From contig JBGPGO010000001.1 in assembly GCA_041483895.1 (NCBI GenBank), forward strand, positions 384,001 through 448,000: 64,000 bases of DNA, given 5' to 3'. Position 1 is the stretch's first letter. Each line of letters opens with the position of its first letter. The translations under genes were made by a program, and so were the position numbers. The notes beneath the pieces were generated by a model that saw only the letters and a list, made by a program, of their open reading frames with translations, did no database searches and was not told the DNA's origin. This document shows, one piece after another, positions 29,259 through 38,616 of this stretch. The stretch is from Fimbriimonadia bacterium (GTDB lineage Bacteria; Armatimonadota; Fimbriimonadia; Fimbriimonadales; JABRVX01).

Positions 29259-31235
29259 ATGAAACGTTTTGCTGTGTGTGTTGTTTTTGCCGGGATCGCC
29301 TCTATTACGGCCGCTGCCTCATGGGAAAAGGAGGTTGCGGACACAAAGACCCTCATCGCGATTGCCAAGCGCGCCCCGGCCAACATTAAGGCCCCGGCCC
29401 TCACCGTCTACGACCACGGCGCATTCCTGCGAGAGAAGAACGGCCACACCACGGAAGTCACCCAGTACACGACACAGGTGCTGAGCGACGAAGCGATTCG
29501 AAGCGGCATCGCGGATATCGAAATTCACTACAACGGCTACTATCAAAAGCTGATCTCCGTTCGCGCGCGGACGATTCGAACCGATGGAACGGTCATCGAG
29601 ATCCCGAAAAGCGACTTCCATGAGGGCCGCGACAGCGGGGACGACGGGGTCTACTCTAGCGAAAAGGTGGTTCGATTCTCGTTCCCAGGCGTCACGAAGG
29701 GCTGCATCCTGGACTATTACTATGCCACCGAAACGGTCAAGGAGGTCATGCCCGGCCATTTTTCAGAGAACTGGATCTACTGGACCGGCGCGCCCTGTCT
29801 GGAAAGTTCCCTGGTGCTCGAATTCCCCTCGGATTCGGGACCGTTCTTTTTCCGGAACACGAATCACACAGTCGAGCCCGTCATCACGAACCTGGGCGAC
29901 TCGCGAAAACGGATGGTCTGGAGGATGACGAAGCTTGATGCCGTCCAATCTGAGCCCTCGATGCCGCCTCTCTCCTCCCTCTTCCCGCGAACAGAGATCT
30001 CGACCAACAAAAGCTGGGAAGACGTTGGAAAATGGTATTGGGGCCTCGCCATGCCTTTGGCGAAATTGGATCCTGAAATCAGCCTGATGGTTGCGGACGT
30101 GACCCGGACCGCGGCCAGCCCGACCGACAAGGCCGCCGCGATTCTCAAGTGGATGAATTCCAATTTTCGGTACGTCTCCGTCTCCCTGGATGAGAGCAGC
30201 CATCTTCCCCACCCGCCGGCTGAGGTCTATCTGAAGCGGTACGGCGATTGCAAGGACCAGAGCCTGTTCCTCGTCGCAACGTTGCGATCGCTGGGGATCA
30301 ACGCATGGCTCGCTCTGCTCTCCGCGGGCGATACGGACCCAATCCACGACGAACTGCCCTCCGTTTATCGATTCGATCACTGCATCGTGGTGGCCGATCT
30401 GGATGGCAAACAGGTCTGGATGGACCCAACGGACCCGAGCACCCAATTTGGAGATGTCCCCGATTCGGTCAAGGGCGTGGAGGCATTGGTGATCCGAGAG
30501 CACGGCGGCGAAGTGGTGAGCGCTCCAAGCCGAAACCTGCTCGAGCCCGCTGAATCCCAACTCACCGTCGAAGTGAAAGTGAACCCAGATAACAGTTGCG
30601 ATGTGAAGTTGGAAATCAATGCCTACGGAAGCGCGGCAAGCAACATCAAGGACGCCGTCACTGGCAAGGACCACACGAAAATCGACGAGGTGTTCCGATC
30701 CTCGCTCAAAGACGTCTACCCCGGCGTCCGCGACATCACGGTCAGCTACAAGCCGTCCGATGACACCACTGGGCCGCTCACGGTTCTTACGCAGGGCCAC
30801 GTGCCGCTGGCCGGAGAGATGGTCGATCAGAAGCTGGTGCTGTCCGCCCTCGGCGAGAGCGGAGACCTGGAGCGGGAAAGCTGGACGGGCGAAGACGATG
30901 TGCGCGACTATCCGTTCGTGTTCCATGACAATGTTCGCCAATCGGTCGTCCTCAAAGTGATGCTTCCGAAGGGTTGGAAGCTCGATGAATGCCTAAAGCC
31001 GTTTACTCTGAACGGACCGGGCCGGGAAGTTTCTCGCACAGTGGAACTGAAGGACGACGTTCTGACGATGGTCTACAAGGACAAGGACCTCGATGCGACG
31101 CTGCCCAGCACCGCGCTGATCGACATCGTTCGGTTCCAAGTGGATTTGGCTGCCAAGCGGAAAGGCCGGATCGTTTTGGAACGGCCGGTGGCGGCTGCGG
31201 GTGAGAAAAAGGCGGTGGGCGCTACCGGTTCGTAA
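29259..31235 (+). CDS. DUF3857 + transglutaminase-like domain protein
   Basis: Signal peptide; RARTI..DG and FPGVTKG; catalytic triad motifs GDCKD, FDHCI and WMDPT. Confidence 0.88.
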   Translation: MKRFAVCVVFAGIASITAAASWEKEVADTKTLIAIAKRAPANIKAPALTVYDHGAFLREKNGHTTEVTQYTTQVLSDEAIRSGIADIEIHYNGYYQKLISVRARTIRTDGTVIEIPKSDFHEGRDSGDDGVYSSEKVVRFSFPGVTKGCILDYYYATETVKEVMPGHFSENWIYWTGAPCLESSLVLEFPSDSGPFFFRNTNHTVEPVITNLGDSRKRMVWRMTKLDAVQSEPSMPPLSSLFPRTEISTNKSWEDVGKWYWGLAMPLAKLDPEISLMVADVTRTAASPTDKAAAILKWMNSNFRYVSVSLDESSHLPHPPAEVYLKRYGDCKDQSLFLVATLRSLGINAWLALLSAGDTDPIHDELPSVYRFDHCIVVADLDGKQVWMDPTDPSTQFGDVPDSVKGVEALVIREHGGEVVSAPSRNLLEPAESQLTVEVKVNPDNSCDVKLEINAYGSAASNIKDAVTGKDHTKIDEVFRSSLKDVYPGVRDITVSYKPSDDTTGPLTVLTQGHVPLAGEMVDQKLVLSALGESGDLERESWTGEDDVRDYPFVFHDNVRQSVVLKVMLPKGWKLDECLKPFTLNGPGREVSRTVELKDDVLTMVYKDKDLDATLPSTALIDIVRFQVDLAAKRKGRIVLERPVAAAGEKKAVGATGS

Positions 31236-32022
31236 AAAGCCAGGTCGCAAGGAAATAGTTCGTGATATAGATGAGTACCATCGAGAAGACCACAGCGTTT
31301 GTGGTTGAGCGGCCCACGCCGACCGCGCCGCCTTCGGTCGCAAGGCCCTGGCGGCAGCTCACGATGGTGAGGATGAGGCCAAAGACAATGCTCTTTATCA
31401 GCCCGCCGTAGATGTCGTGCGGAACGACCATGGTGGTCAGGGTCCTTATGAACGCGGCGCGCGGAACGCCGAGGGAATCGCTGACCCACATGCCGCCGAT
31501 AACGCCGGAATACATGCCGATGAGGCAAAGCACCGGCAGCATGATAAGAGATGCCGACACGCGGGGAACCACCAAGTAATTGATGGGAGAGACGGCAAGG
31601 GCCCTCAGCGCGTCAATCTGTTCCGTGACCTTCATCGATCCGATTTGGGCCGCCATCGCCGAGCCGCACCGGGCCGCCACCATGATTCCAGCCAACACCG
31701 GGCCCAGCTCCCGCGTCATCGCCAAACCGACCGCCCCACCCGCGAGCGAACCTACGCCGTATGTGGTAAGTAGCTGGGTTGTGTACAGGGAAAGGACCGC
31801 TCCTGTGAAGCCTGCCGTTACCGCCACGATCGGCACCGAGGCGACGCCGATGAAGGCCATCTGCATGACCAGCTCCCGAAATTCGTATGGCGGCGCGAAG
31901 AGTCGGGCGAAGTACTGACCTGTCAGCAACGTGATGTCGCCGACGAATTCGAGAAAACCAAGCAGCGGCGCCAAGGTCTTTGCGCTGGTAGCTCGGGCAA
32001 CAGTAGTCTCGCCTGACGTCAT
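31222..32022 (-). CDS. mlaE: MlaE-family ABC permease
   Basis: RELGPVL, GSAMAAQIGSMKVTEQIDAL and GGAVGVGRSTT motifs. Confidence 0.92.
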   Translation of the reverse strand: MTSGETTVARATSAKTLAPLLGFLEFVGDITLLTGQYFARLFAPPYEFRELVMQMAFIGVASVPIVAVTAGFTGAVLSLYTTQLLTTYGVGSLAGGAVGLAMTRELGPVLAGIMVAARCGSAMAAQIGSMKVTEQIDALRALAVSPINYLVVPRVSASLIMLPVLCLIGMYSGVIGGMWVSDSLGVPRAAFIRTLTTMVVPHDIYGGLIKSIVFGLILTIVSCRQGLATEGGAVGVGRSTTNAVVFSMVLIYITNYFLATWLFTNR

Positions 32023-32032
32023 CCGCTACTCA

Positions 32033-32269
32033 TCAATAAAGGAAATCATTCCAAGAAGAAATCCCTAGCTCCTGCCATGCTTGTAACTCTTGCTGAAGTT
32101 CTGCGCTCGGCGGATCGTCGGACAAGGGAATCAGCAAAACACCGTAGCGCGTTCCGATGACCCGCACCAACTGCTCGGGGGCGAAGCCGTAACGCTCCTT
32201 GAGGTCCCGCGGCAGGTTGATTTCGCCTTGCCGTCCCACCGTGATACTTTCAATCGGTTTGGATGCCAC
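32033..32269 (-). CDS. AbrB/MazE/SpoVT-family DNA-binding protein
   Basis: ITVGRQGEINLPRDLKERYGF; TACAAT lies 6 nt before the GTG. Confidence 0.75.
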   Translation of the reverse strand: MASKPIESITVGRQGEINLPRDLKERYGFAPEQLVRVIGTRYGVLLIPLSDDPPSAELQQELQAWQELGISSWNDFLY

Positions 32270-32367
32270 TCTAGCATTGTACTCCAGTCCCAGACGGTTG
32301 CCCGCTGGACGGTCCGTCAGGTAGCCTATTGTTGAATTGCCCCTGGGTGGACAACGTGAGGGGTTGA

Positions 32368-33081
32368 ATGAACCGAAGCAGAATTATTGTCGCGCTCGAT
32401 ACCAGTTCCTTAAAAGACGCCGCGAACCTCGTCCGGACCCTTTCCGAGCAGATCACCACGTATAAGATCGGCCCGGCCCTCACGGTCTGCCATGGGCTTG
32501 ACGTGATCGCCCGGCTGCGGGACGCCGGCGCGGAACGAATTTTCCTCGATCTGAAATTCCACGACATTCCCAACTCGGTCGCACTCGCCGTGTACGAGGC
32601 CGCCAAGTACGGCGTCTGGATGCTGACCCTGCACACGAGCGGCGGTGCGGCGATGATGCGGTCCGCTGTGGAGGCCGCCGAAGATGCCGGGCCGTTGGAA
32701 CGGCCATTCCTGGTAGGCGTGACCGTACTGACCAGCCTGTCGGACCGCATGCTGTCGGAAGAGCTGGGGGTCAATCGGACTGTTTTGGAGCATGTGGAGT
32801 CATTGGCGAAACTGGCCCACACTTGCGGTCTGGACGGTGCGGTTTCGTCTGTTCGCGAGGCCTCCCATTTGCGGGCCACGTTCGGGCCGGACTTTCTCCT
32901 GGTCTGCCCTGGGGTGCGGCATCCGGGGGCCGATACGCACGATCACGAGCGGACCGCGACGGCATCCGAGGCCTTTGCGGCTGGCGCCAGCTACGTGGTC
33001 GTCGGCCGCGCCCTCACAGCCAGCCGGGACCCGGTCCAGGCGCTGGAACAGATGCTGGATGACCCTGCCCAGCCGGTATAG
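32368..33081 (+). CDS. pyrF: Orotidine-5'-phosphate decarboxylase
   Basis: IVALD, FLDLKFHDIPNSV, VTVLTS, PGVR and VVGR motifs. Confidence 0.96.
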   Translation: MNRSRIIVALDTSSLKDAANLVRTLSEQITTYKIGPALTVCHGLDVIARLRDAGAERIFLDLKFHDIPNSVALAVYEAAKYGVWMLTLHTSGGAAMMRSAVEAAEDAGPLERPFLVGVTVLTSLSDRMLSEELGVNRTVLEHVESLAKLAHTCGLDGAVSSVREASHLRATFGPDFLLVCPGVRHPGADTHDHERTATASEAFAAGASYVVVGRALTASRDPVQALEQMLDDPAQPV

Positions 33082-33129
33082 GACGTATAGGTCGTATATG
33101 TCTTATACGTCCTATGGGTCGTATGGGCC
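33077..33129. repeat. 9-bp-period palindromic repeat (TATAGGACG/TATAGGTCG/TATATGTCY), family D
   Basis: Six degenerate nonamers with inverted symmetry ATAGGACGTATA...TATACGTCCTAT; second copy at 35503. Confidence 0.75.
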
Positions 33130-33140
33130 AGAATCCCCTC

Positions 33141-35477
33141 ATGGACTCCCACGCCCTGCGGGTGATCGACTTCCCTGCCGTGTTGGAGCTGCTTGCCGCC
33201 CGGTGCGATACTGAGCAGGCGGCGGCCTCTGCCCGGACGCAGGAGCCGAGCGCGGAGCGAACGATTGTACAGCGGGGATTGAGGGAAACCGGCGAGGCGA
33301 GGCGGCTGATCGACACCCAAGTGATCCCATCCTTGGCCTCCCTGCGTGATGTCGCCAAGGCGGTCGACGCGGCCTCGAAAGGCATGACCCTGCCCGGCGA
33401 AGGCCTCTTCGCGGTCTATGAGAGCCTCGCCGCCGGCCGCCAGATGCACGCCTTCCTCGTCCACCGGACAGAGCCCTGCCCCCTGCTAGCCGACCGCGCC
33501 GGCCTCATCACCCCTTTACCGGGCCTGGAAAAACGGCTGCGTGACACGTTGGAGCCGGATGGGTTCGTCAAAGATTCAGCCAGTTCAGAGCTTGCGCGCT
33601 TGCGAACCCGGAAGAATGTGCTTGCCAACCGGGTCGGCGAACGGATGCAGGCCCTAAGCAACCGCCACCGGGAGGCCCTCTCCGACACTATCGTCACCCA
33701 GCGCTCCGGACGTTGGTGCCTGCCGGTTCGTACCGACCACAAGGGCAAAGTCAAAGGCATCGTCCACGACGTGAGCGCCAGCGGGCAGACCGTGTTCGTA
33801 GAGCCGGAAGAGATCGTGGCCATCGGAAACGAGATTCGCGAGGTGGAGGCGGCGGAGCGGCATGAAGTGGAACGCATTCTCGGGGAACTGTCCGCGGAAG
33901 TTGGGACGCATTCGGAAGAGATCGCGGCGAACGGCGACGCCTGCCTGCACCTGGACCTGATCTTCGCGAAGGGTCGCCTCTCCGCGGACCTTGGCTGCGT
34001 CGAACCAGAGCTGAAAGATACGCCGCAACTGATCGTCCGCCGCGGTCGCCATCCGCTCATTCACGCTGACGCGGTCGTCCCAATCGATCTGGAGATCGGA
34101 AAATCGTTCCAATGCCTGCTGATAACAGGACCCAACACGGGCGGAAAGACAGCGGCGCTAAAGTTCGCGGGTCTCTGCGTAGCGATGGCCCAATGCGGAA
34201 TGCATCTCCCCGCCACGGATGCCTCGCTCGGTGTGTTCAGCCAACTATGGGCCGATATCGGCGATGAGCAGAGCTTGCAGCAGTCCCTATCCACTTTTTC
34301 CGCCCATCTCAAGAACATTCAACGAATGCTGGTTGGTGTCAAGTCGGGGGCGCTGGTTCTGCTGGACGAAGTGGGCGCGGGAACCGATCCGGCGGAGGGT
34401 TCGGCTTTGGCAAAGGCCATTCTGTCGCGGCTCGTGGCGACGGGCGCATGCATCATCTGCACGACCCATTACGGCGAGCTGAAAGCCTATGCCTATAACA
34501 CATCCGGCATCCAAAACGCCGCGGTGGAGTTTGACGTACAGACCCTCGGTCCGACGTACCGGCTGATCATCGGCGTGCCCGGCGCTAGCCACGCTCTCAC
34601 CATCGCGCAGCGATTTGGAATACCCGACGACGTGCTGGCGGAGGCTCGGTCGGGCTTGAGCGAGGCGCAACAAGACGTTGCCAAGATGATGGGGAAGTTG
34701 GAGCAGGCCCGAAAGGATGCCGAAGCCGCGCTGGACGATGCGCTGCGCCAAGCGAAAGAGCTGAAAAAAGAGCGGATGGAATTGGCGAACAAGATCGAAG
34801 AGGTAGAGGAGCGGCGTCTGAAGGCGCGGGAGAATGTGCGCGATGAGATCGACGAAGTTCGGCGTCAGATTCGTGACGAGGCCGACCGGCTGTTTGCGGA
34901 GTTGAAGGGCCGAAAGGGGCACGATGTTCAGGACCTGAAAGAGGAGCTCAAGGCGCTGGACGAGGTATCGCGCGAGTTTGTGGAAGAGATCGCCCCGACG
35001 CCGATCCGATCGCCCCGACCCACCAATCTGAAAAAGGGCGACACGGTGAAAATCGCCGGATATTCGCAGACCGGCCGGCTGCTGGCCGATCCGGCGGATG
35101 GCAAGGCCCATGTGCTGGTGGGGGCGCTGAAGATGACGGTTGATGCTGCGGACCTGTCGGTGGCGGAGGTTGCGCCACCCAAGCGGCTGGCGGGAAAGAG
35201 CACGCGGCTGCAGTTGGACCGGGCCTTTGAGATATCGCCGGAGGTGCATCTACGGCTGATGCCCGCCGATGAGGCGATGCAGAAGTTGGACCGATACCTG
35301 GACGACGCGGTTCTCGCCGGGCTGGACACAGTGCGCGTTGTCCATGGCAAGGGGACGGGAACTTTGCGACGATTGTCCCATGAGATGCTGCGCTCGCACG
35401 GGGCGGTCAAATCCTTCCGCATGGCAACCATCACCGAAGGCGGCGGCGGCGTCACCATTGCCGAACTGAAACGATAG
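33141..35477 (+). CDS. mutS2: Endonuclease MutS2 (with Smr domain)
   Basis: GIVHDVSASGQT, TGPNTGGKT, DIGDEQSLQQSLSTFS, LLDE, TTH; Smr motif VHGKGTG. Confidence 0.96.
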   Translation: MDSHALRVIDFPAVLELLAARCDTEQAAASARTQEPSAERTIVQRGLRETGEARRLIDTQVIPSLASLRDVAKAVDAASKGMTLPGEGLFAVYESLAAGRQMHAFLVHRTEPCPLLADRAGLITPLPGLEKRLRDTLEPDGFVKDSASSELARLRTRKNVLANRVGERMQALSNRHREALSDTIVTQRSGRWCLPVRTDHKGKVKGIVHDVSASGQTVFVEPEEIVAIGNEIREVEAAERHEVERILGELSAEVGTHSEEIAANGDACLHLDLIFAKGRLSADLGCVEPELKDTPQLIVRRGRHPLIHADAVVPIDLEIGKSFQCLLITGPNTGGKTAALKFAGLCVAMAQCGMHLPATDASLGVFSQLWADIGDEQSLQQSLSTFSAHLKNIQRMLVGVKSGALVLLDEVGAGTDPAEGSALAKAILSRLVATGACIICTTHYGELKAYAYNTSGIQNAAVEFDVQTLGPTYRLIIGVPGASHALTIAQRFGIPDDVLAEARSGLSEAQQDVAKMMGKLEQARKDAEAALDDALRQAKELKKERMELANKIEEVEERRLKARENVRDEIDEVRRQIRDEADRLFAELKGRKGHDVQDLKEELKALDEVSREFVEEIAPTPIRSPRPTNLKKGDTVKIAGYSQTGRLLADPADGKAHVLVGALKMTVDAADLSVAEVAPPKRLAGKSTRLQLDRAFEISPEVHLRLMPADEAMQKLDRYLDDAVLAGLDTVRVVHGKGTGTLRRLSHEMLRSHGAVKSFRMATITEGGGGVTIAELKR

Positions 35478-35502
35478 CGGTGGCGCCCTCCTCAATTGGG
35501 CA

Positions 35503-35542
35503 CACAGGACTTATAGGTCGTATATGTCCTATATGTCCTATG
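35503..35542. repeat. 9-bp-period palindromic repeat, family D
   Basis: CACAGGACT TATAGGTCG TATATGTCC TATATGTCC TATG. Confidence 0.72.
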
Positions 35543-35582
35543 CCGGCTGGAAGCCAGCGTTACGGGAAGGTACAGTATCGGC

Positions 35583-35954
35583 ATGCAGGACCTAATCGAT
35601 GCCGCGAGGGCAGCGAGGGCAAACGCCTATTGCCCCTACTCGAACTACCCCGTGGGGGCGGCGGTGCGGACGGAGGACGGGACGATTTTTGCCGGCTGCA
35701 ACGTGGAGAACGTCAGCTACGGCCTATCGATCTGCGCGGAGCGGAACGCCATCTTTGCCATGGTCGCTGGCGGCAGAAAGAAGCTGACCGAGTTGGTTGT
35801 GGTGACTCGCGACGGCGGATTTCCGTGTGGCGCCTGCCTGCAAGTTATTTCCGAATTTGCCGCACCACACGCCAAGATTCATTTGGTCGATGACAGCGGT
35901 TCGGCCACGACTTACGCCTTACCCGGCCTCCTGCCTCATCCGTTTAGAATCTAA
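35583..35954 (+). CDS. cdd: Cytidine deaminase (homotetrameric type)
   Basis: AYCPYS, GCNVEN, CAERNA and PCGAC motifs. Confidence 0.95.
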   Translation: MQDLIDAARAARANAYCPYSNYPVGAAVRTEDGTIFAGCNVENVSYGLSICAERNAIFAMVAGGRKKLTELVVVTRDGGFPCGACLQVISEFAAPHAKIHLVDDSGSATTYALPGLLPHPFRI

Positions 35955-36231
35955 TTGGTTTGACTGGAAACAACTGCAAGGCAATTCTCGGTTGACGCGG
36001 CCAAATAAGGAATTTCGCAGCTTCGTAGGTTATTTCGCAACGGCCATCACCAATTATTAGCGTCCTTAGGCGAGAATTCGACAGGAAATCGATATCGCGC
36101 TCATTCCAGGGCGCCATCACGTAATTGCTCTCATAGAAGTCCATACAGTGGACTGAAGTTGCAGAATCCATGGAGATCGCTTCAGCATTGATGACGAGTG
36201 CAGCAAAGATTGTGCCTACCACCGCCAACAT
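35944..36231 (-). CDS. Hypothetical, possibly secreted protein
   Basis: Hydrophobic start MLAVVGTIFAALVINAEA overlapping the upstream stop. Confidence 0.35.
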   Translation of the reverse strand: MLAVVGTIFAALVINAEAISMDSATSVHCMDFYESNYVMAPWNERDIDFLSNSRLRTLIIGDGRCEITYEAAKFLIWPRQPRIALQLFPVKPIRF

Positions 36232-36590
36232 CGCCCAAAATGGATGACAGGTCGATAGCAGCCGCAATAGAACGTTCGATACCAGACGGTTGGATAAACG
36301 GGAAAGACGACGGGATTCCAAATGAGCGGAGAATAACTGAAGTTCCACGTCACTATCGGCGCGCTGAAATAGTAAAACCCTGGCCAATAGCCGGTCGAAT
36401 GGAACCTGTTGTGCCAGACCGAATGGCGCGCCAGCTCCCGATGCTCTGACGGCGGTTGGGCCACGGTGGTGGCCCGACTTTTCGCGGCTTCCAGATAGTA
36501 AACGGATGTGCGGGCGGAGCCTACGTCGCCCAAAGCGGCCTGAGCCGCTATGAAGAGGCCGGCGAAGCAGACAAATCGCAACATGAACAC
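36216..36590 (-). CDS. Hypothetical secreted aromatic-rich protein
   Basis: GGAGG SD, signal peptide, Y/W/P-rich C-terminus. Confidence 0.55.
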   Translation of the reverse strand: MFMLRFVCFAGLFIAAQAALGDVGSARTSVYYLEAAKSRATTVAQPPSEHRELARHSVWHNRFHSTGYWPGFYYFSAPIVTWNFSYSPLIWNPVVFPVYPTVWYRTFYCGCYRPVIHFGRCWRW

Positions 36591-36685
36591 ACCTCCAAAG
36601 GTCCTACTGATCTTTCGACGTTTAGACTATTCAACGGTTTTGCACAAGGTATCCTGCAACTATTCTTTTTTGCAGGGAGGAAGAC

Positions 36686-37162
36686 ATGACAGCAATTGAA
36701 TGGCATGCAGGGCTGCTTCAGCGGGCGGCGCTGTTCTTGGCCCACGCCGTGGAGAAGACACCGCCCGATAAACTGAACTGGCGACCGTGCCCGGAAGGCG
36801 ACGATCCGAACACTCGAACGCCGCTGCACCAGCTTGCCGAATGTGCCACAGTGAACCGCAGATTTGCAGCGTTATTCCGTGGCGAGACGGTTGAAGGGCC
36901 GCTACAGTTTGAGGCGTACAAGAGCGCCGATCAGGGCCGATCCGACCTGAAGGCCAGCGCAAACGAGTTGGCTGCCGCGATTAAGGATGCGGGAGACGGC
37001 GTGTTCGACAAGAAGTACAAGACCAGCTTCGGGGAGATGCCTGGTTCCGTGCTGATGGAGATTTCGTTGAGCAACATGCACTACCACTCGGGCCAAATCT
37101 GCCAGAACCAGTTGATGTATGGCGACACGGTGTTCCATATCCCGCCGGAGTTTATGAGCTAA
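36686..37162 (+). CDS. DinB/YfiT-family protein
   Basis: LNWRP, TPLHQLAE and HYHSGQI motifs. Confidence 0.82.
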   Translation: MTAIEWHAGLLQRAALFLAHAVEKTPPDKLNWRPCPEGDDPNTRTPLHQLAECATVNRRFAALFRGETVEGPLQFEAYKSADQGRSDLKASANELAAAIKDAGDGVFDKKYKTSFGEMPGSVLMEISLSNMHYHSGQICQNQLMYGDTVFHIPPEFMS

Positions 37163-37167
37163 CCGGA

Positions 37168-37197
37168 AGACCCCCGGCCGATTTGGTCGGGGGTCCT
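37168..37197. terminator. Hairpin between convergent genes
   Basis: GACCCCCGGCC-GATTT-GGTCGGGGGTC. Confidence 0.6.
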
Positions 37198-37236
37198 GCA
37201 TTTACCGCGGAGGAGATTCAAGTGACCGGGAAGCGC

Positions 37237-37791
37237 TTACGAATTTTTTCGGCGTCGGAATAGTAACGGAACGGCAATGCCAAGCGCAGCGAATGTGCCG
37301 GGCTCCGGTACCGATTGGAAAGAAAGGTCGTCGATTGTGAAGGCTGTATCTTGCATGTCGTCAACGACAACCTTATGGATGCCGCCGGCGAAGCTCAACC
37401 AGCCATCACCGATGAGCTGCTGGTAATCGATCTGGACGCCGTTGATATCATAAGCCCAGGCCTGGAGCATGTCGGTTTCCAGACCGTTGCCCGGACCGAA
37501 GTGGTTATAGAACTGAACAGTATTGGAAATGGCGTCAATCGACGAATCGCCCGGCGCGCAGAATGTAATTACCAGCGGAGAATACCAATCGCCCGACGTC
37601 AAAATTTCTGTGATACCAAAGCCGGATCCGTAATCGTATACCTGTGCTCCGGCGGGTCCGCCAAAGTAGACCCCGTTTGCCAGGTATTCGTAGCCGGTAA
37701 TCGCGCCGGATGGAATTCCTTCGAAGTCCAATGTGGTCGCGAAGGAAGCGGTTGCGACGATCGATGCGGTGAGTGCGAATAGTTTCTTCAA
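37237..37791 (-). CDS. PEP-CTERM surface protein
   Basis: Signal peptide; TLDFE...IDDLSF; VPEPGT-TM-RRRK tail. Confidence 0.9.
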   Translation of the reverse strand: MKKLFALTASIVATASFATTLDFEGIPSGAITGYEYLANGVYFGGPAGAQVYDYGSGFGITEILTSGDWYSPLVITFCAPGDSSIDAISNTVQFYNHFGPGNGLETDMLQAWAYDINGVQIDYQQLIGDGWLSFAGGIHKVVVDDMQDTAFTIDDLSFQSVPEPGTFAALGIAVPLLFRRRKNS

Positions 37792-37880
37792 GTGCGCCTG
37801 CCTCCCTTAGGGTTTTCTAAGGAACGGCAATCGGCGTGCCGTCAGACCCTGCTGCATTGGAACCTGGCATTTATTCGGTA

Positions 37881-38384
37881 TTACTGGTACGGCAGCATGG
37901 CTTCGTCAATTGCCGGCGCATTCGTCTTGATAGAAGCAAGCGCCAGAATCTTGATATCCGGGTCACTCGGCAAGATTAAGGTTGTCGTTCCCTTAGGCAC
38001 CATAATATCATACTTAAATAGGTAGCAATCGATGTAAAGATCATTTCCACCGGTTTTGTCGTGCCGATGCGTGGCCAGCCAGCCGACCGGGACCCGCTTT
38101 ACATTGGGCGAAGAAAACTTTGCGGGGTCGGTCTGCGGTTCCCCATTAACGATCATGTTGCGGAATGAGCCTTCGAAGTTGAAGACGTAATCGGGGTATT
38201 GGTCGAAGAAAGCGAAATTGGCGTTGAGGGTTTTGGGCAGGTGGTCGCGGATGGTGTCCTGGATGGTCCAGAGCCAGTTGGTGTCCAGGTGCGCGGTGGC
38301 GACGGTGTGGACGGTGTTGTTCTTGGGCAGGTCAATCTTGGGAGATTGTGCGGCGATGATCGAGGCGAGGATGAGAGATAACAT
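37881..38384 (-). pseudogene. GH38 alpha-mannosidase remnant (N-terminus joined in frame to a C-terminal segment)
   Basis: ATAHLDTNWLWT...FDQYPDYVFNFEG (GH38 N-terminal HxD.W motif) joined near 38150 to a C-terminal-type segment ATHRH...YLFKY...LPSDPDIKILA; only 167 aa. Confidence 0.7.
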
Positions 38385-38616
38385 GGGTTGCTCCAATAGC
38401 TTGTTCGAATACTGATCCTGTTCGACTGCCTCCCATTGCTTCCTGCAGGGCTGTCGTGCGGTACGATGGAATCTGGACCGAGTTGGTCAGTCAGTTCATG
38501 CTTTTCGCCGGATTCTTAGCTTTCTTTCTTGTCAAGGGAATAGATTCGTAGATTTTCGGAGTCATCTATGGGAGGGCAAGAAAGCCGTGAAATTCGGCAG
38601 TAACGGAGGATTGTGA

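Noticed and set aside
29763..30941. Long antisense ORFs (also 34287-35249, 39855-41012, 49180-50070, 50143-50946)
   Set aside because: Shadow frames of well-supported genes in GC-rich DNA; no motifs.
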